Shown here piece after piece: positions 37,798-50,741 of a stretch of DNA of 64,000 nucleotides (the stretch's first letter is position 1; every line of letters starts with the position of its first letter). The stretch is from Octopus sinensis (taxonomy: Eukaryota), in NCBI RefSeq assembly GCF_006345805.1, contig NC_043020.1, positions 496,001 to 560,000 of the forward strand. The letters run 5' to 3'. Below the pieces are notes generated by a model that saw nothing but the letters and a program-made list of their open reading frames with translations, was not told the origin of the DNA and made no database searches. The translations under genes and the position numbers were made by a program.

Positions 37798-38454
37798 GCC
37801 AGACAGTCTCCTGTCTCTTCATGCCACAACTCACTCATCAGATACCCAGTTTTTCTCGCAGTTCTTTCATACTCCGTTGTTAACGTACCCTATCACCACA
37901 CATCTTATGGAGCATTCTTGCTTCATTTCAATGCCCCTGTTTCGCTACCATACAACATTGCACTTCATGCAACAAGCATCCTGCACTTTGTCCCTCATTC
38001 ACTCAGTGAAACTGTTTCTTACTTGCGAAAGTAATGCTTTTCTGACCACTTTCCACTTTCTTCTCGTTTTGACCACTATGCTTTCAGTGTCCACCTTCAC
38101 CATCAATATGGCCACATAAATATGAGAAGTTATCCACTACTTCTGTGGAGCCTTATAAGTGTCTTGAAAGAATTCATTTCACAAGTGTAGTTATTTGTGA
38201 AATACTACTTTGCCATTGTCACGTACAAACGCTTCTATGTACACAATGCACACACACACTCACGTATACATATAGACACATAAATACATATGTGTGTAAA
38301 TTTTTTTTTCTTTTTTCGTTGAGGAGTGAATATGAAGGATGTAGAATTTTTGAAAGAACTAGGATTCATAGCTGTCAGTTCACATAGAGATAAAAGTGCA
38401 TTTGATATATATAGAAGTAAAAATTTTGTTGTACTTGTCTTGTTGTCCATTCAA

Positions 38455-38500
<46 letters not shown>

Positions 38501-38644
38501 ACACCCACACACACACCACACACACCACACACACACACCCCCAACACCCAACACACACACACACACCACACACACACCCCACACACACACACACCCACAC
38601 ACACACACACCAACAACCACACACACACCACACACACACACACA

Positions 38645-38683
<39 letters not shown>

Positions 38684-38948
38684 ACACCCACACACACACA
38701 CACACCCACACCACACACACCACCCACCCCACACACACACACACACACACCCACACACCACACACCACACACACACACACACACACACCCACACACACAC
38801 ACACCCACACACAACACCCCACACACACACCACACACACACACCACACACCAAACACACAAACACACACACACACACAACACACCCACACCCACACACAC
38901 ACCACACACACACACACACACACCCACACCCACACACACACACACACA

Positions 38949-39002
<54 letters not shown>
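38455..39002 (+). repeat. Long degenerate (CA)n tract
   Basis: ~550 bp of CA with scattered cc/aa slips; source of the 180-240 aa H/T/P and C/V ORFs. Confidence 0.95.
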
Positions 39003-39006
<4 letters not shown>

Positions 39007-39177
39007 TAGATACAGGCATAAGGTGCTTGTTGTCACATGGTGTACTATTGTGCTGGACCTGTTATACTTGTATAACTTTCAACATATAAACTCAAAGCTC
39101 TGTAATTGTGTGTGTGTGTGAGTATACACAAACACATGTACTTACACTTAACATGTACTTGTGTGTGTGTGTGTGTT

Positions 39178-39378
39178 GTGGCCGATGCTGGTGTCACATA
39201 ATTGGCATGTAAAAGCACTCTTTACATTCTTGGAGTGGTTGGTGTTAGGAAATGCATCCAGCTTTAGAAACCATGCCAGGTCAGACTGGAGCCTGGTACA
39301 GCTCTCAGGCTTACCAGTTTCCAGTCAAACTGTCTAACCCATGCCAGCATGTAAAGCAGACGCTAGATGATGATGATG
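39178..39378 (+). mobile_element. Family D (RTE 3'UTR) copy
   Basis: ggagtggttggtgttaggaaatgcatccagc...gcagacgctagatgatgatg. Confidence 0.75.
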
Positions 39379-40340
39379 GTATCATGAAATCCAGTACAAC
39401 CTGTTACGTGTTCAAGCCATCAGCATCTACAACTAAACTGGCTTCCTTACCAGGCTAGCCTGGTAACAAGGGTTGCAAGAGTCCCAAGAAGACAAAAGTG
39501 AGATCTGTCAAAAGAGTAGATGAAACTAACATAGGGTCAACAACAATCTCACAATAGTCCAAAGGGACATAGAAATAGACGGAGGAGAGGAAGAGCATGC
39601 TATAAGACCAGTCTGAGATTGATTGACACTATTCATTTCAGGATATATTTAGGGAGATAAATAGATAGGATTCCTAAGCCATGGTGGAAGCAAACTCTGC
39701 GCTGTTTTGCTACCCTTTGGGTAGATAAGCAACCAACAAAGCAATGCTAGATGATTGGTGTTGGTTTGTTTATGTCTTCATAACTTAGCAATTTGGCAAA
39801 AAAAGTTGATAGAATGAGTACCAGATTTGAAAAAAATAAGTACTGGGATTGATCTGTTTGACTAAAACCCTTTGAGGTGGTGCTCCAGCATGGCTGCAGT
39901 CCAATAGCTGAAACAAGTAAAAGTGAGTCCACAAAGACCAAAAGCTAGGGGAGTGAGTGCTTCCTGGGATTAAACCAAGCAGTGGTAGGCAACTTTGAAA
40001 CAGTTGTCCTGGATTCATCTTCTTCACAGTGAAAATAGAGATACTGGAGGACACCACTTTAGAACCATCATTGTACATGGGTCTCTTCTCTTGTAGTCTG
40101 GATCTTGAATCTTCAGGTTGGTTCTTGTTGCAGCAGTCAGGGTATCACACATGCTTGCAATCATGAAATACCACCACTTCCTTAGTTTATTTAGATGCAA
40201 AGGTATATGATAGCTGTTTCATGAGAGGCAGTGGTTTGGATTCTGTCTTCACAATCGGAGCTGTGGCCTCTGTTGTTGCTGCTCTTTGGAAAGTATTGTT
40301 AGGAAGAGACAGACAGTCATCATTGAAATCAGGAGATAAC

Positions 40341-40632
40341 ATCATCATCATCGTTTAACGTCCGTTCTCCATGCTAGCATGGGTTGGACGGTTCGACCGG
40401 GGATCTTGGAAGCCAGAAGGCTGCACCAGGCTCCAGTCTGATCTGGCAGTGTTTCTACAGCTGGACACCAACAACTCCATGAGTGTAGTGGGTGCTTTTT
40501 ACATGCCACCTGCACAGGTGCCAGGCGAGGCTGGCAACGGCCACGATCGGATTGGTGAATTTTACGTGCCACCGGCACGGAAGCCAGTCGAGGCGGCACT
40601 GGCATTGGCCGGCAGCACTGGCATCGGCCAAC
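40341..40632 (-). mobile_element. Family D (RTE 3'UTR) copy with two internal modules
   Basis: (CAT)n tail, core, then two gtgcc...ggcac / gccag...ctggc modules. Confidence 0.85.
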
Positions 40633-41300
40633 ATATAACTATATAAAATACTTCATGAATTTAAAAGCATATCGGTAAGCTTCCGTAATTATTTTCTTTT
40701 CAAAACCTATTTGTGTGTCCATGCGTTTGTAACTTATATTCCTACAGTGTAACTGTTGGCGTTATATAAAACGTTTGCTTTGCAAAAGTGTACAATTATA
40801 TTGAATGTGTATGTGTGTGTAAAAGAATACGTATAAATGTTTTCGTGAATGTTTGCACAAATTTGTGTACACAAGTGCATCCCTGTATGTGTGTGCGAGA
40901 GAGAGAGAGAGAGAGAGAGAGAGTATGAATGTGTACTAACTAAGTGGCTAAGTGACTGAAGGTATTTGAAGAGGTGAAAGGGCAAAAGGAGTTGAGCAAC
41001 GAAGCTGGAAATTCTGTCTTTTGATTGGGATGCATTCTAGGCATATTCTTTCATTCACCTGTCTGTTAAGGACAGGTAACATGCCTTGGAATTTTTTGCA
41101 TGAAACGTTCAATAAATGTCATATCCACAGAATTATCGTTAATATATGTGTAGAAAAAAAAAAGAAGGTAGATGGGGGAAAAAACCCTTAATCTGTAGAA
41201 ACTGCTGACAGTTGCCTGTGTCAGCAGTAACAATGTATAATGTGAAGTTCTTGAGTTTTGGACAAGTTGATTTGTCGTGTGGAGGAAAATGCATACATAC

Positions 41301-41363
<63 letters not shown>

Positions 41364-41385
41364 AATATATATATATATATGTATA

Positions 41386-41428
<43 letters not shown>

Positions 41429-42054
41429 GTATATATATATATGTATGTATATATTTATATATATATATGTATCTATATATATGTATATATATATATATAT
41501 GTATATATATAAGATTCAGTTGAATTAGGTACTTAAGTTGAGGCACCTCATTAGGTTGGAATAACACACACACAACAGTATTATGTAAATCTCAACTTTG
41601 GTACAGAAGTACCGGCAGAATGATATTCCTGTAGTGCATGCAGACAGTTTGACCCAGCTGAGTATATAATCCGCTCTTGAGCTGTTCAGACATGTACATT
41701 TTATTACATACACAGTCCATGATATACTTCAGAATTTGCAAAGGGTATGTTCCGAGACAGGTGAATAAAATATCTGTCCTTCATTTGTTACTGATATGTG
41801 TGTGTGTAGGTGCAAGGGGTTTGATATCGTTTGGAATTGAATATGTTCTAATACATTAATGTCTATATATCAGTTTCTCTGTTTTCTTTTCCTCACACAA
41901 AAATTGGTAAAGTACCCATATCCATCGATGCGAATCTAATGTCTTTGGTTTCTCAGTGACACACTGGATAAAACCGGGGAACTTGGATAGCAACATTCCT
42001 TTAAGAGCATTTTACACCCTCGTTTTAATTTAATATATATTTATATTTAGAGAG

Positions 42055-42175
42055 GTGGAGGCACGTGGCTTAGTGGTCAGGGTGTCAGCACCATGTTCAT
42101 AAGATTGTGGTTTCGATTCCTGGACTGGGCGATGCATTGTGTTCTTGAGCAAAACACTCCAGTATGACCACGGTC
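42055..42175 (+). mobile_element. Family E SINE head fragment
   Basis: gtggaggcacgtggcttagtggtcagggtgtc...gtttcgattcctggactgggcg...ttcttgagcaaaacac. Confidence 0.75.
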
Positions 42176-42352
42176 CAATGTCTGAAACAAATAAAATAAA
42201 CAAGATAGGAGGAAGTGTAAGCAATAACAAGAGGAGGAGGAGGGGGAGGAATACTGGTAGGAGATCAACGGTTGCAAACACACATGCATACACACTCACA
42301 TGCACACTGTCATAAAAAGTCTCTTTAGCATTTAATATACACCTTCTAACAA

Positions 42353-42745
42353 GGTGGTGAGCTGGCAGAATCGTTAGGACGCCGGGCAAAATGCTTAGCG
42401 GTATTTCGTCTGCCATTACGTTCTGAGTTCAAATTCCACCGAGGTCGACTTGGCCTTTCATCTTTTCGGGGTCGGTTAATTAAGTACCAGTTACACACTG
42501 GGGTCGATATAATCGACTTAATCCATTTGTCTGTCCTTGTTTGTCCCCTCTGTGTTTAGCCCCTTGTGGGTAGTAAAGAAATAGGTATTTCATCTTTACG
42601 TTCTGAGTTCAAATTCCACCAAGGTCGACTTTGCCTTTCATCCTTTCAGGGTCGATAAATTAATTGCCAGATGCATACTGGTGTCGATCTAATTGACTAA
42701 CCCCGTCCCCAGAAATTTTGGGCCTTGTTCCTAGAGTAGAAAAAG
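42353..42745 (+). mobile_element. Family B SINE followed by a truncated B2 SINE
   Basis: A full B copy at 42353-42583, then a second body gttctgagttcaaattcc with the B2 tail. Confidence 0.88.
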
Positions 42746-43169
42746 AAAGAATATAGGCCTGCTAACAACAAAGGTCATTACCCACTGTTGCTATTCCATG
42801 TGGTGACATTTCTCTCTATATGTCTGGTTAATTGGTCATGTTTTCTTGTGTCCACGAGGAGCTAAATCAACCTGCTATGCAACAAAAGCAACTCCCAGTA
42901 TATGTGTCGAGCGCTGCTTCCATTTATTTATTCATTTACTTATGTGTGTGTGTGTTTTCATTGACTTCCAAGTGACATAGTGATTTCACTAGCAAGGGCG
43001 TCACGAAAGGAAGGGGGAAAAAAATTACACAAAATTGCAATACACTCTGTAAAGTAATTCAGAGAAAGCATGGAGCTGTTCAGCTCGTAGCAAGCCAGCC
43101 AACCCATGCCACATGGAAAATGGACATTAAATGATATACATGTAATATAACACACACACAAACATATAT

Positions 43170-43427
<258 letters not shown>

Positions 43428-43509
43428 GAGTAAGGCATAAACTCACACACAAATATTTCTTTATTGACAAAAGCATGTATATCAATATATGCACTTGTAT
43501 GATATATGT

Positions 43510-43576
<67 letters not shown>

Positions 43577-44320
43577 TGCAAATAGAGGTTCATATGTACA
43601 CATATGTTTATACACATACAAACATACAAAATACCTGTATTTTGATGTATACACATATAAGTATGATAAATGTGAACGTATGTATATCTTGTATATTTTT
43701 GAATCATCAATATATTCATAATGTATTACACACACACATATATATATATATATCTAAATGGGTGTGTATACATAAAAACACACACTCACACACACACACA
43801 TGCATTCCTGAACTTAATTCCTACTGCATATATGGCTAAAAGTTTATATTGTCATGGATACATCAGTTATTTTAACTAGAGTCTCATAACTCAACCTTGC
43901 AGCCCAGGTCACATCCTGATAGTCTATGCAGAACAGGACACCTCATCATCCGAGTTCACTCTTCAGATGGTAATTATTCACAAATAAATATGAAATTAAA
44001 TTATCTAATAATAATATAGATGTGGTTTTTATGTAAATTAATATTGATTATTTAAGCAGTCTCAGAGACCGAGATTTAGAAGGGGAGGCTGGGAGTTTAA
44101 TAACATTCCGTATATCTCGGAACGGTGATAGCAATATAAGAGATGTAAAAATTTTTTGGAACTTGCAAATGTAAATTTGATTGCAGTCTGTATTCATATG
44201 GCCATTTACCTCTGCTCAATAGCACAACATCACTGCGTAAAATTAAAATATTTGGAGATATGTGTGTGTGTGTATAGATACACATATATACATACATGTG
44301 TGTGTTTGTGTGTGTGTGTA

Positions 44321-44590
44321 TCATCATCATTTAGCGTCCGCTTTCCATGCTAGCATGGGTTGGACGATTCAACTGGAGTCTGGGAAGCCAGAAGGCTGCA
44401 CCAGGCCCAGTCTGATCTGGCAATGTTTCTACGGCTGGATGCCCTTCCTAACTCCACAATGCCCTTCCTAATGCCACAATGCCCTTCCTAATACCACAAT
44501 GCCCTTCCTAATGCCAGGATGCCCTTCCTAACGCCAAGATGCAATTCCTAACGCCACAATGCCCTTCCTAATGCCAGGATGCCCTTGCTC
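44321..44590 (-). mobile_element. Family D copy ending in a 20-bp minisatellite (44439-44588)
   Basis: atgcccttcctaatgccaca-type unit repeated about 7 times. Confidence 0.88.
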
Positions 44591-45278
44591 TTGTAGACAA
44601 CAGATGGGGGTCCTGCAATTTTCTGCTGAACAACCTGTGCAGATTATACGTTTATATATGTTCATAGTGATTGAATGTTTGCGCTATGCATTAGCCCAGC
44701 CCCCCACTCCCCAACGTTGCTTGTAGAAGTGTGTGCCCCATATCAGATGCTGAAGTGATCTTACAGCCGTATGAGACGAAGTGTTTTGCTCAGAAACACA
44801 ACACATCATCCAACCTGGGAATCAAACCCATGATCTCACAATTGTGAGTGAAACATCCTAACTATGAAGTCATGCATCGTCATTGTCCATACATGCATAA
44901 TTAAACTTTTTACACTAATAGATTCATATATATTTTTTTAAAATTCTATTGACAGTAACTTCTAAGCTTTTCCAGTAGTTGGCCTTATCAAAGAGTTGTC
45001 TGAATTTTCATTCTTCTTTCTTTGAAAATGCAGAGCTACAGGGTGCTAAGTTCATCTAGGATATAAATACAATGACACTTTTTTTTCTTCTTTCCCCATT
45101 CTCCCCTGTGAGAATGACAGCTTTCCATACACTCACAAACTTCCATGCGGTTTCAGTCTCCTGATTTCACTTATAAGACATTTGTCGGCCCAAGGCGATA
45201 GCAGCAGAAGACACTTGCCTAACACTCTGCACAGTGGGACTTAACCTGTTGACATATTGTTGATTATTCTTGGTTGTG

Positions 45279-45510
45279 AGGCAGTGAGCTGGCTGAAACG
45301 TTAGCACGCCGGGCGAAATGCGTAGCCGTATTTCGTCTGCCGCTACGTTGTGAGATCAAATTCCGCCGAGGTCGACTTTACCTTTCATCCTTTCGGGGTC
45401 GATAAATTAAGTACCAGTTACGCACTGGGGTCGATATAATCGACTTAATCCCTTTGTCTGTCCTTGTTTGTCCCTTCTGTGTTTAGCCCCTTGTGGGTAG
45501 TAAAGAAATA
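45279..45510 (+). mobile_element. Full-length family B SINE with 14-bp TSD
   Basis: TSD tattcttggttgtg at 45265-45278 and 45511-45524. Confidence 0.93.
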
Positions 45511-45540
45511 TATTCTTGGTTGTGGTTTTATAAGAATTTA

Positions 45541-45940
45541 AAGAAAAGCAACGATATTTACTGGATGTAGGGCTTCAGTACAAGGAACAAGTTGACAAGC
45601 AAAACTTAAAGTCCCAGATGAAGAAATTAATTTTATAATAACATGTGGTTGTCTGTATATATTGACCTTCGAAACGCGGAGTAGATGAAACCATGGCGAC
45701 TGAAGAAGGGGAATTTTCCTTATGTTATATGTCCTGTACTCTATTTTTTCGTTGTTTAAGAAAAATGTCCATTTCCTTGGTTTTGTGTTTATGTTTTCGT
45801 TTCTCATTGTGTTCGACGTTTTTTTTGGTGTCCTGTACCCATATATGCATGTATATATACATGTAGATGTAGGTACGTACATATATGTATGTATGTATGC
45901 ATATGTTTTATTTATTAATTTGTTAGTGTATGTATACATA
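45541..45940 (+). mobile_element. Possible Penelope-like pseudo-LTR fragment
   Basis: Contains cgaaacgcg and ctgaagaagg (hammerhead-like words) followed by a T-rich, CpG-bearing stretch. No protein motif recognised. Confidence 0.3.
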
Positions 45941-45944
45941 TATA

Positions 45945-46340
45945 GGCGCAGGAGTGGCTGTGTGGTAAGTAGCTTGTTTACCAACCACATGGTTCCGGGT
46001 TCAGTCCCACTGCGTGGCACCTTGGGCAAGTGTCTTCTACTATAGCCTCGGGCCGACCAATGCCTCGTGAGTGGATTTGGTAGACAGAAACTGAAAGAAG
46101 CCTGTCGTATATATGTATATATATATGTATGTTTGTGTGTCTGTGTTTGTCCCCCTAGCATTGCTTGACAACCGATGCTGGTGTGTTTACGTCCCCGTCA
46201 CTTAGCGGTTCGGCAAAAGAGACGATAGAATAAGTACTGGGCTTACAAAGAACAAGTCCCAGGGTTGATTTGCTCGGCTAAAGGCGGTGCTCCAGCATGG
46301 CCGCAGTCAAATGACTGAAACAAGTAAAAGAGAGTAAGAG

Positions 46341-46342
<2 letters not shown>
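45945..46342 (+). mobile_element. Full-length young family A SINE
   Basis: ggcgcaggagtggctgtgtggtaag...caagtaaaagagagtaagag. tatacatatata is duplicated at 45933-45944 and 46343-46354. Confidence 0.93.
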
Positions 46343-46391
<49 letters not shown>

Positions 46392-46792
46392 CTACATGTA
46401 TCTGAGTGTATGTATATCTGTGTATGTGTGGCTGCTGCACGTGACAACTGATTAACTGCAGTACACTTGAAAAATGTTACATTATATTCTGCTGCTGTGC
46501 AAATATCCTGATCATAGAATTACAGATTTATGACAACAATGGAATTCTGCGCCAACATCCGAGACGATGCAGCTGTTACTCATACGGACACCACATTCTA
46601 AATCATGTACCCCTCACTTTAACAAAAATACAGTACCCACCTGATTGACATGCAGTTAGTCACCGATAAACCCAACTTGCTGGTCCACAGATGTAAAAAT
46701 ACTTTAGGAGAAGAAGCCTGTTGGAGAGACCATTTATCTTGTTGCTAGTAATTAGATTTAATCTGTCAACTAAATTAATGCTGCCACCTGGT

Positions 46793-47112
46793 CAAAATCT
46801 CTCGTGGAGGCGCCATCCAACCAAAATGCAAATATATGGGAAACTACCACCTGTGTCATCTCTTGTGAAAGGTAGGAGAGTCCAGTTTGCTGGACATTGT
46901 TGTAGAGCTGAAAAAGAGGTAATTTCTACTCTTCTCTTCTGGAAGCCATCTACTCGCAATACCAGAGGGCGCACACTCTCCTACCCTGATGTAATCTCCA
47001 GGGATACAGGCATCCAGCAACAGGAATCCGTAATGCTATGATAGACCGTGAAGTCTGGCGTAGCATGGTAAATTCCGTTGTCTCGACCACGGTCGAACAA
47101 TGATGATGATGG
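46793..47112 (+). pseudogene. RTE-clade (RTE-X-like) LINE 3' end
   Basis: NLSWRRHPTKMQIYGKLPPVSSLVKGRRVQFAGHCCRAEKEVISTLLFWKPS...RGRTLSYPDVISRDTG, then after a frameshift DREVWRSMV, and an (ATG)n tail. Confidence 0.85.
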
Positions 47113-47624
47113 TCTTTGAATCCTAGGATAACTTCTTCCTGTTGTGCTGACCAAGAACATGTAAGCAGGGGAAACAACCCCAGTGTTAGTTGCCTGGTTA
47201 TTTCTGCTGTTCTCGAAGAGAGAAAAAGTGTGTGTGTATGTGTGTGTATATGAAATTGGTGCCTGGTGCAGATCTCCAACTGGCCAGCTCCCATCAAATC
47301 GGTCCAACCCATGCCAGCATGGAAAACAGATGTTGAATGAGATAGGAGCTGGAGCTGGTCAGCCAGAGTGCAGTCCAAACGCCAGTTGTCTGTTTCAACA
47401 TAGCTTCTACAGCTGGGTGCCCTTCCTAATGCCAACCACTTTTTCAGAGTGTGAGCCATTTTGAAATGATACCACGGAGAAACGAGTTGCTTGCACTGAA
47501 GCTTCAGTATGCAGCCTTTGCATTTAAACCCGTTGAAAAATACCCTGCTTTCTACCAGTCTCAGGAACCCTAAAATCATTGTGATTTTCTTCTTCTGGTA
47601 AAACCATTAGAAACACAGTATATG

Positions 47625-47970
47625 TCAACATTAATGGAAATTGCAGCTGTGATACCAGTGCCGGTGGTACGTAAGAGAACCATCCGAATGTGGCCGTTGC
47701 CAGCCTCGCCTGGCCCCCGTGCCGGGGGCACGTAAAAAGCACCATCCGATCGTGGCTGTTTGCCAGCCTCGTCTGGCACCTGTGCTGGTGGCACGTAAAA
47801 AGCACCCACTACACTCACAGAGTGGTTGACGTTAGGAAGGGCATCCAGCTGTAGAAACATTGCCAGATCAGACTGGAGCCTGGTGCAACCTCCTGGCTTC
47901 CCAGACCCCAGTTGAACCGTCCAGCCCATGCTAGCATGGAAAGCGCATGCTAAACGAAGATGATGATGAC
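47625..47970 (+). mobile_element. Family D (RTE 3'UTR) copy with tandem ~62-bp modules
   Basis: Two copies of ccatccgawygtggcygtt(t)gccagcctcgyctggc...gtgcyggtggcacgtaaaaagca, then the core and tail. Confidence 0.88.
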
Positions 47971-48264
47971 GAAAGATGACGATTGAGACACATTTGAATA
48001 TTGAGATGACTATTCTGCTTTAGTAGCAGGGTTAACCACGACAGTCTTTAATCTTTTACTTCTTTCAGTCATTAAACTGACCATTCTGTTGAAGAATTTT
48101 CAGTCAAACAAATTAGCCCCCAGGACTTATTATTTTTTTACTGGCCTCTTTTGCTGAACCGCTAAGTCACCAACACCAGTTGTCAAGTGGTGGTGGGTGA
48201 CAAACACATGGTTCTGGGTTCAGTCCCACCGCATGGCAGACTGAAATTCAAAATAAAGGTTTTT

Positions 48265-48425
48265 ACTTCACTCACGAGGGGCCTCTTATATGCTAAAGAT
48301 TGCGATCCAGCCAGTCACTCTGAAATGGGCCTGCAATCTCTTGTATCTGCATTTGACACAGCTTGTGATGATTTTGGCTTGGCCATCAACTAGACAGAAA
48401 CAGTTGCAATGTTTAACCTGCATGT
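48265..48425 (+). pseudogene. RTE reverse-transcriptase fragment (YADD region)
   Basis: LLYAKDCDPASHSEMGLQSLVSAFDTACDDFGLAIN*TETVAM resembles LLYADDCAL.AHSE..LQ.L...F..AC..FGL.IN..KT..M. Confidence 0.8.
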
Positions 48426-48548
48426 GGAGCTGTTTGTAAACCCCTTAAAACCGCAGAGTATAATTTAAGGGTGTATTTGGCTGTTATTTCTAGTTAGGTG
48501 AACAACCACATACAAGCAGAATTATTAAGTCATACATTCATGTGCATT

Positions 48549-48593
<45 letters not shown>

Positions 48594-49064
48594 TTATGTA
48601 TGCTTGTTTTATATATATATATATAGGTATGTGTGTGTGTGTCATGTGGATGTTTTTGTGTTATACAGATGTATAGGTGTTATGTAGTCTGTAAATATAC
48701 GTGTATTATGTAGGGATGTCTGTGTTATGTAGATATGTATGTTTTATGTAGATGTGTATGTGACAGAAAGATATGTGTATACTGATATTCAATATTATGC
48801 TAATGTTTTTATGCCTGTCAAAAATGAAACATTGTATTTATTATATTGGAAATATAGATTTTATTTCAGTTTTGAATATTCTTTATTATTAAGTTCAATT
48901 TAAACTGAATATTTCCCAATCCCCATATTACCGTGTATGTATATTAACCTTTTAATTATTTTATTTCAATTAGAATATGCCTGACTAGATACAGTAGTTG
49001 AGTAATTGCATATGTGTATAGAAACGTGTGTCTGTGGTCGGAGGCATTGTTAGAGAAAATGTTC

Positions 49065-49098
<34 letters not shown>

Positions 49099-49587
49099 TT
49101 AATAATGATAATAGTAATGATGACGACGACGATAATAATAATTTCAAATTTTTGCCACAAGGGCAACTTGGGAGAGGTGGGAATGAGTTTATTATATCGA
49201 CCCCATGTTGTGTGTGTGTAGCCATGTAATCAACCACACACATGCTTTTCTAGAACCAATTTCTTCCTTCTCTCTGGACCTTTCTGCTTTCCTCCTCATG
49301 ACAAATAGCCATGCTTTAAATGTTACACCACCACCCCTCTTTTTCCCATCTTAAATTGGGTGTTCTATTGACTTTTGTTGTTTAGTTTTTATTTTGCCGA
49401 TGTGCATGTGATTAGAAATGATGTAGAATGCCAGAATTTTCGACTCATTTCATAAAAATAACAAAACTGAGGAGTTTTGCATAAAACAAATATTTCCCAT
49501 TATATATATATATATTATGCAACGATCTGAAATGTACATATGAAATGCTTTCAAAATGTTATTTGGTTTGACTTCATTATCATTGCT

Positions 49588-49990
49588 TATATATATATAT
49601 ATATATGTGAGGTTGTGTGCTGTCTGTCTCCTACGATTTAGATTCCTAACTACTCCCACATTTTGCGGTGCAGTTTAACCAAAACCGGGTATCTTATAGT
49701 CGTGATTCATATCGAGCCCTTCTGGGTATTAGCGCACGTCTACGATGAGTCTACGATTTAAAAAAAATTTACCATCAATTTTTCCCATTTTTAATGCATT
49801 TTTGGCATATATAAGGGAAGTAACTCTCTAAATATTTATTATTAAATCTCAGAACGTAAAAAGCTACAGTAACACCCCCCCCCCCTTTGTGGTTAGCCAT
49901 ATTGAGATGGCTATTATACTTTACATCTCTAAAAATGCTTATATAGTTATTTCCCTTACAAACCCGAGCAACGCCGGGCGATACTGCTAG
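49588..49990 (+). mobile_element. Non-autonomous Helitron-like element
   Basis: 3' subterminal hairpin cccgagcaacgccggg (49963-49978), CTAG terminus (49987-49990) followed by T, and a (TA)n 5' end. Confidence 0.7.
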
Positions 49991-50250
49991 TATATATATA
50001 TGTATGTATATATATAATCAACCTTGTCTAAAACAAATTTTGTTGTCTAACAACTTGCATGACAAAAATGTTAACCTAGTTGGGTCTTACTCAACTTCTT
50101 GGAGTCAGAAACACGTTCAATCATCAATCATTTTGTTTCTATATTTGTAAATATCAGGAATAAATCATGTAACTTCACCTGTATATATATATATATATCA
50201 TCATCATCATCATCATTAATGTTCGTTTTCCATGCTAGCATGGGTTGGAC

Positions 50251-50289
<39 letters not shown>

Positions 50290-50681
50290 ATAGATATAAG
50301 TATATATATGTATGTCTATATATGTATAGATATATGTGTATATATATATATGTATGTCATCATCATCATCGTTTAGCGTCCACTTTCCATGCTAGCATAT
50401 ATATAGATGTATAGGTATATATATATATATTTGTGTGTATATATATATATGTATAGATATATATAAATGTATAGGTATATATATGTGTGTGTGTGTATAT
50501 ATATATATATGCATATATGTGTGTGTATGTATATATGTGTGTATGCATGTATGTATGTGTGTGTGTGTGTACGTATGTATGAGCAAAGTTTCACAACTTA
50601 CTGAAACGTATATGAATAAATTTATTACTTCATATACCTCATGATCACCTGTATCGCTTTCTCTTGTGTCAGTCTTTCTAT

Positions 50682-50741
<60 letters not shown>

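Larger units (their letters stand above)
36927..38150 (-). pseudogene. Decayed RTE LINE 3' portion with internal duplication, interrupted by two family B SINEs
   Basis: Minus-strand translations across frameshifts: EVVDNFSYL, AMLYGSETGA, ARMLHKMC, KELREKLGI, RCWYG and SVNGTCGQGR. It ends ...gatggaaatacagacttatatgatgatg with an (ATG)n tail. A 40-bp exact duplicate lies at 37112-37151 and 37287-37326. Confidence 0.75.

Noticed and set aside
38326-39121. 182-241 aa His/Thr/Pro or Cys/Val ORFs
   Set aside because: They are translations of a CA tract.
41580-41700. Minus-strand HYRNIILPVLLYQS, similar to an RTE motif, and a possible 28-nt plus-strand micro-exon near 41735-41760
   Set aside because: Both are too short and isolated to support.
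45538-46161. 207-aa minus-strand ORF
   Set aside because: It runs through a family A SINE, microsatellites and an unrelated repeat, with no domain or splice support.
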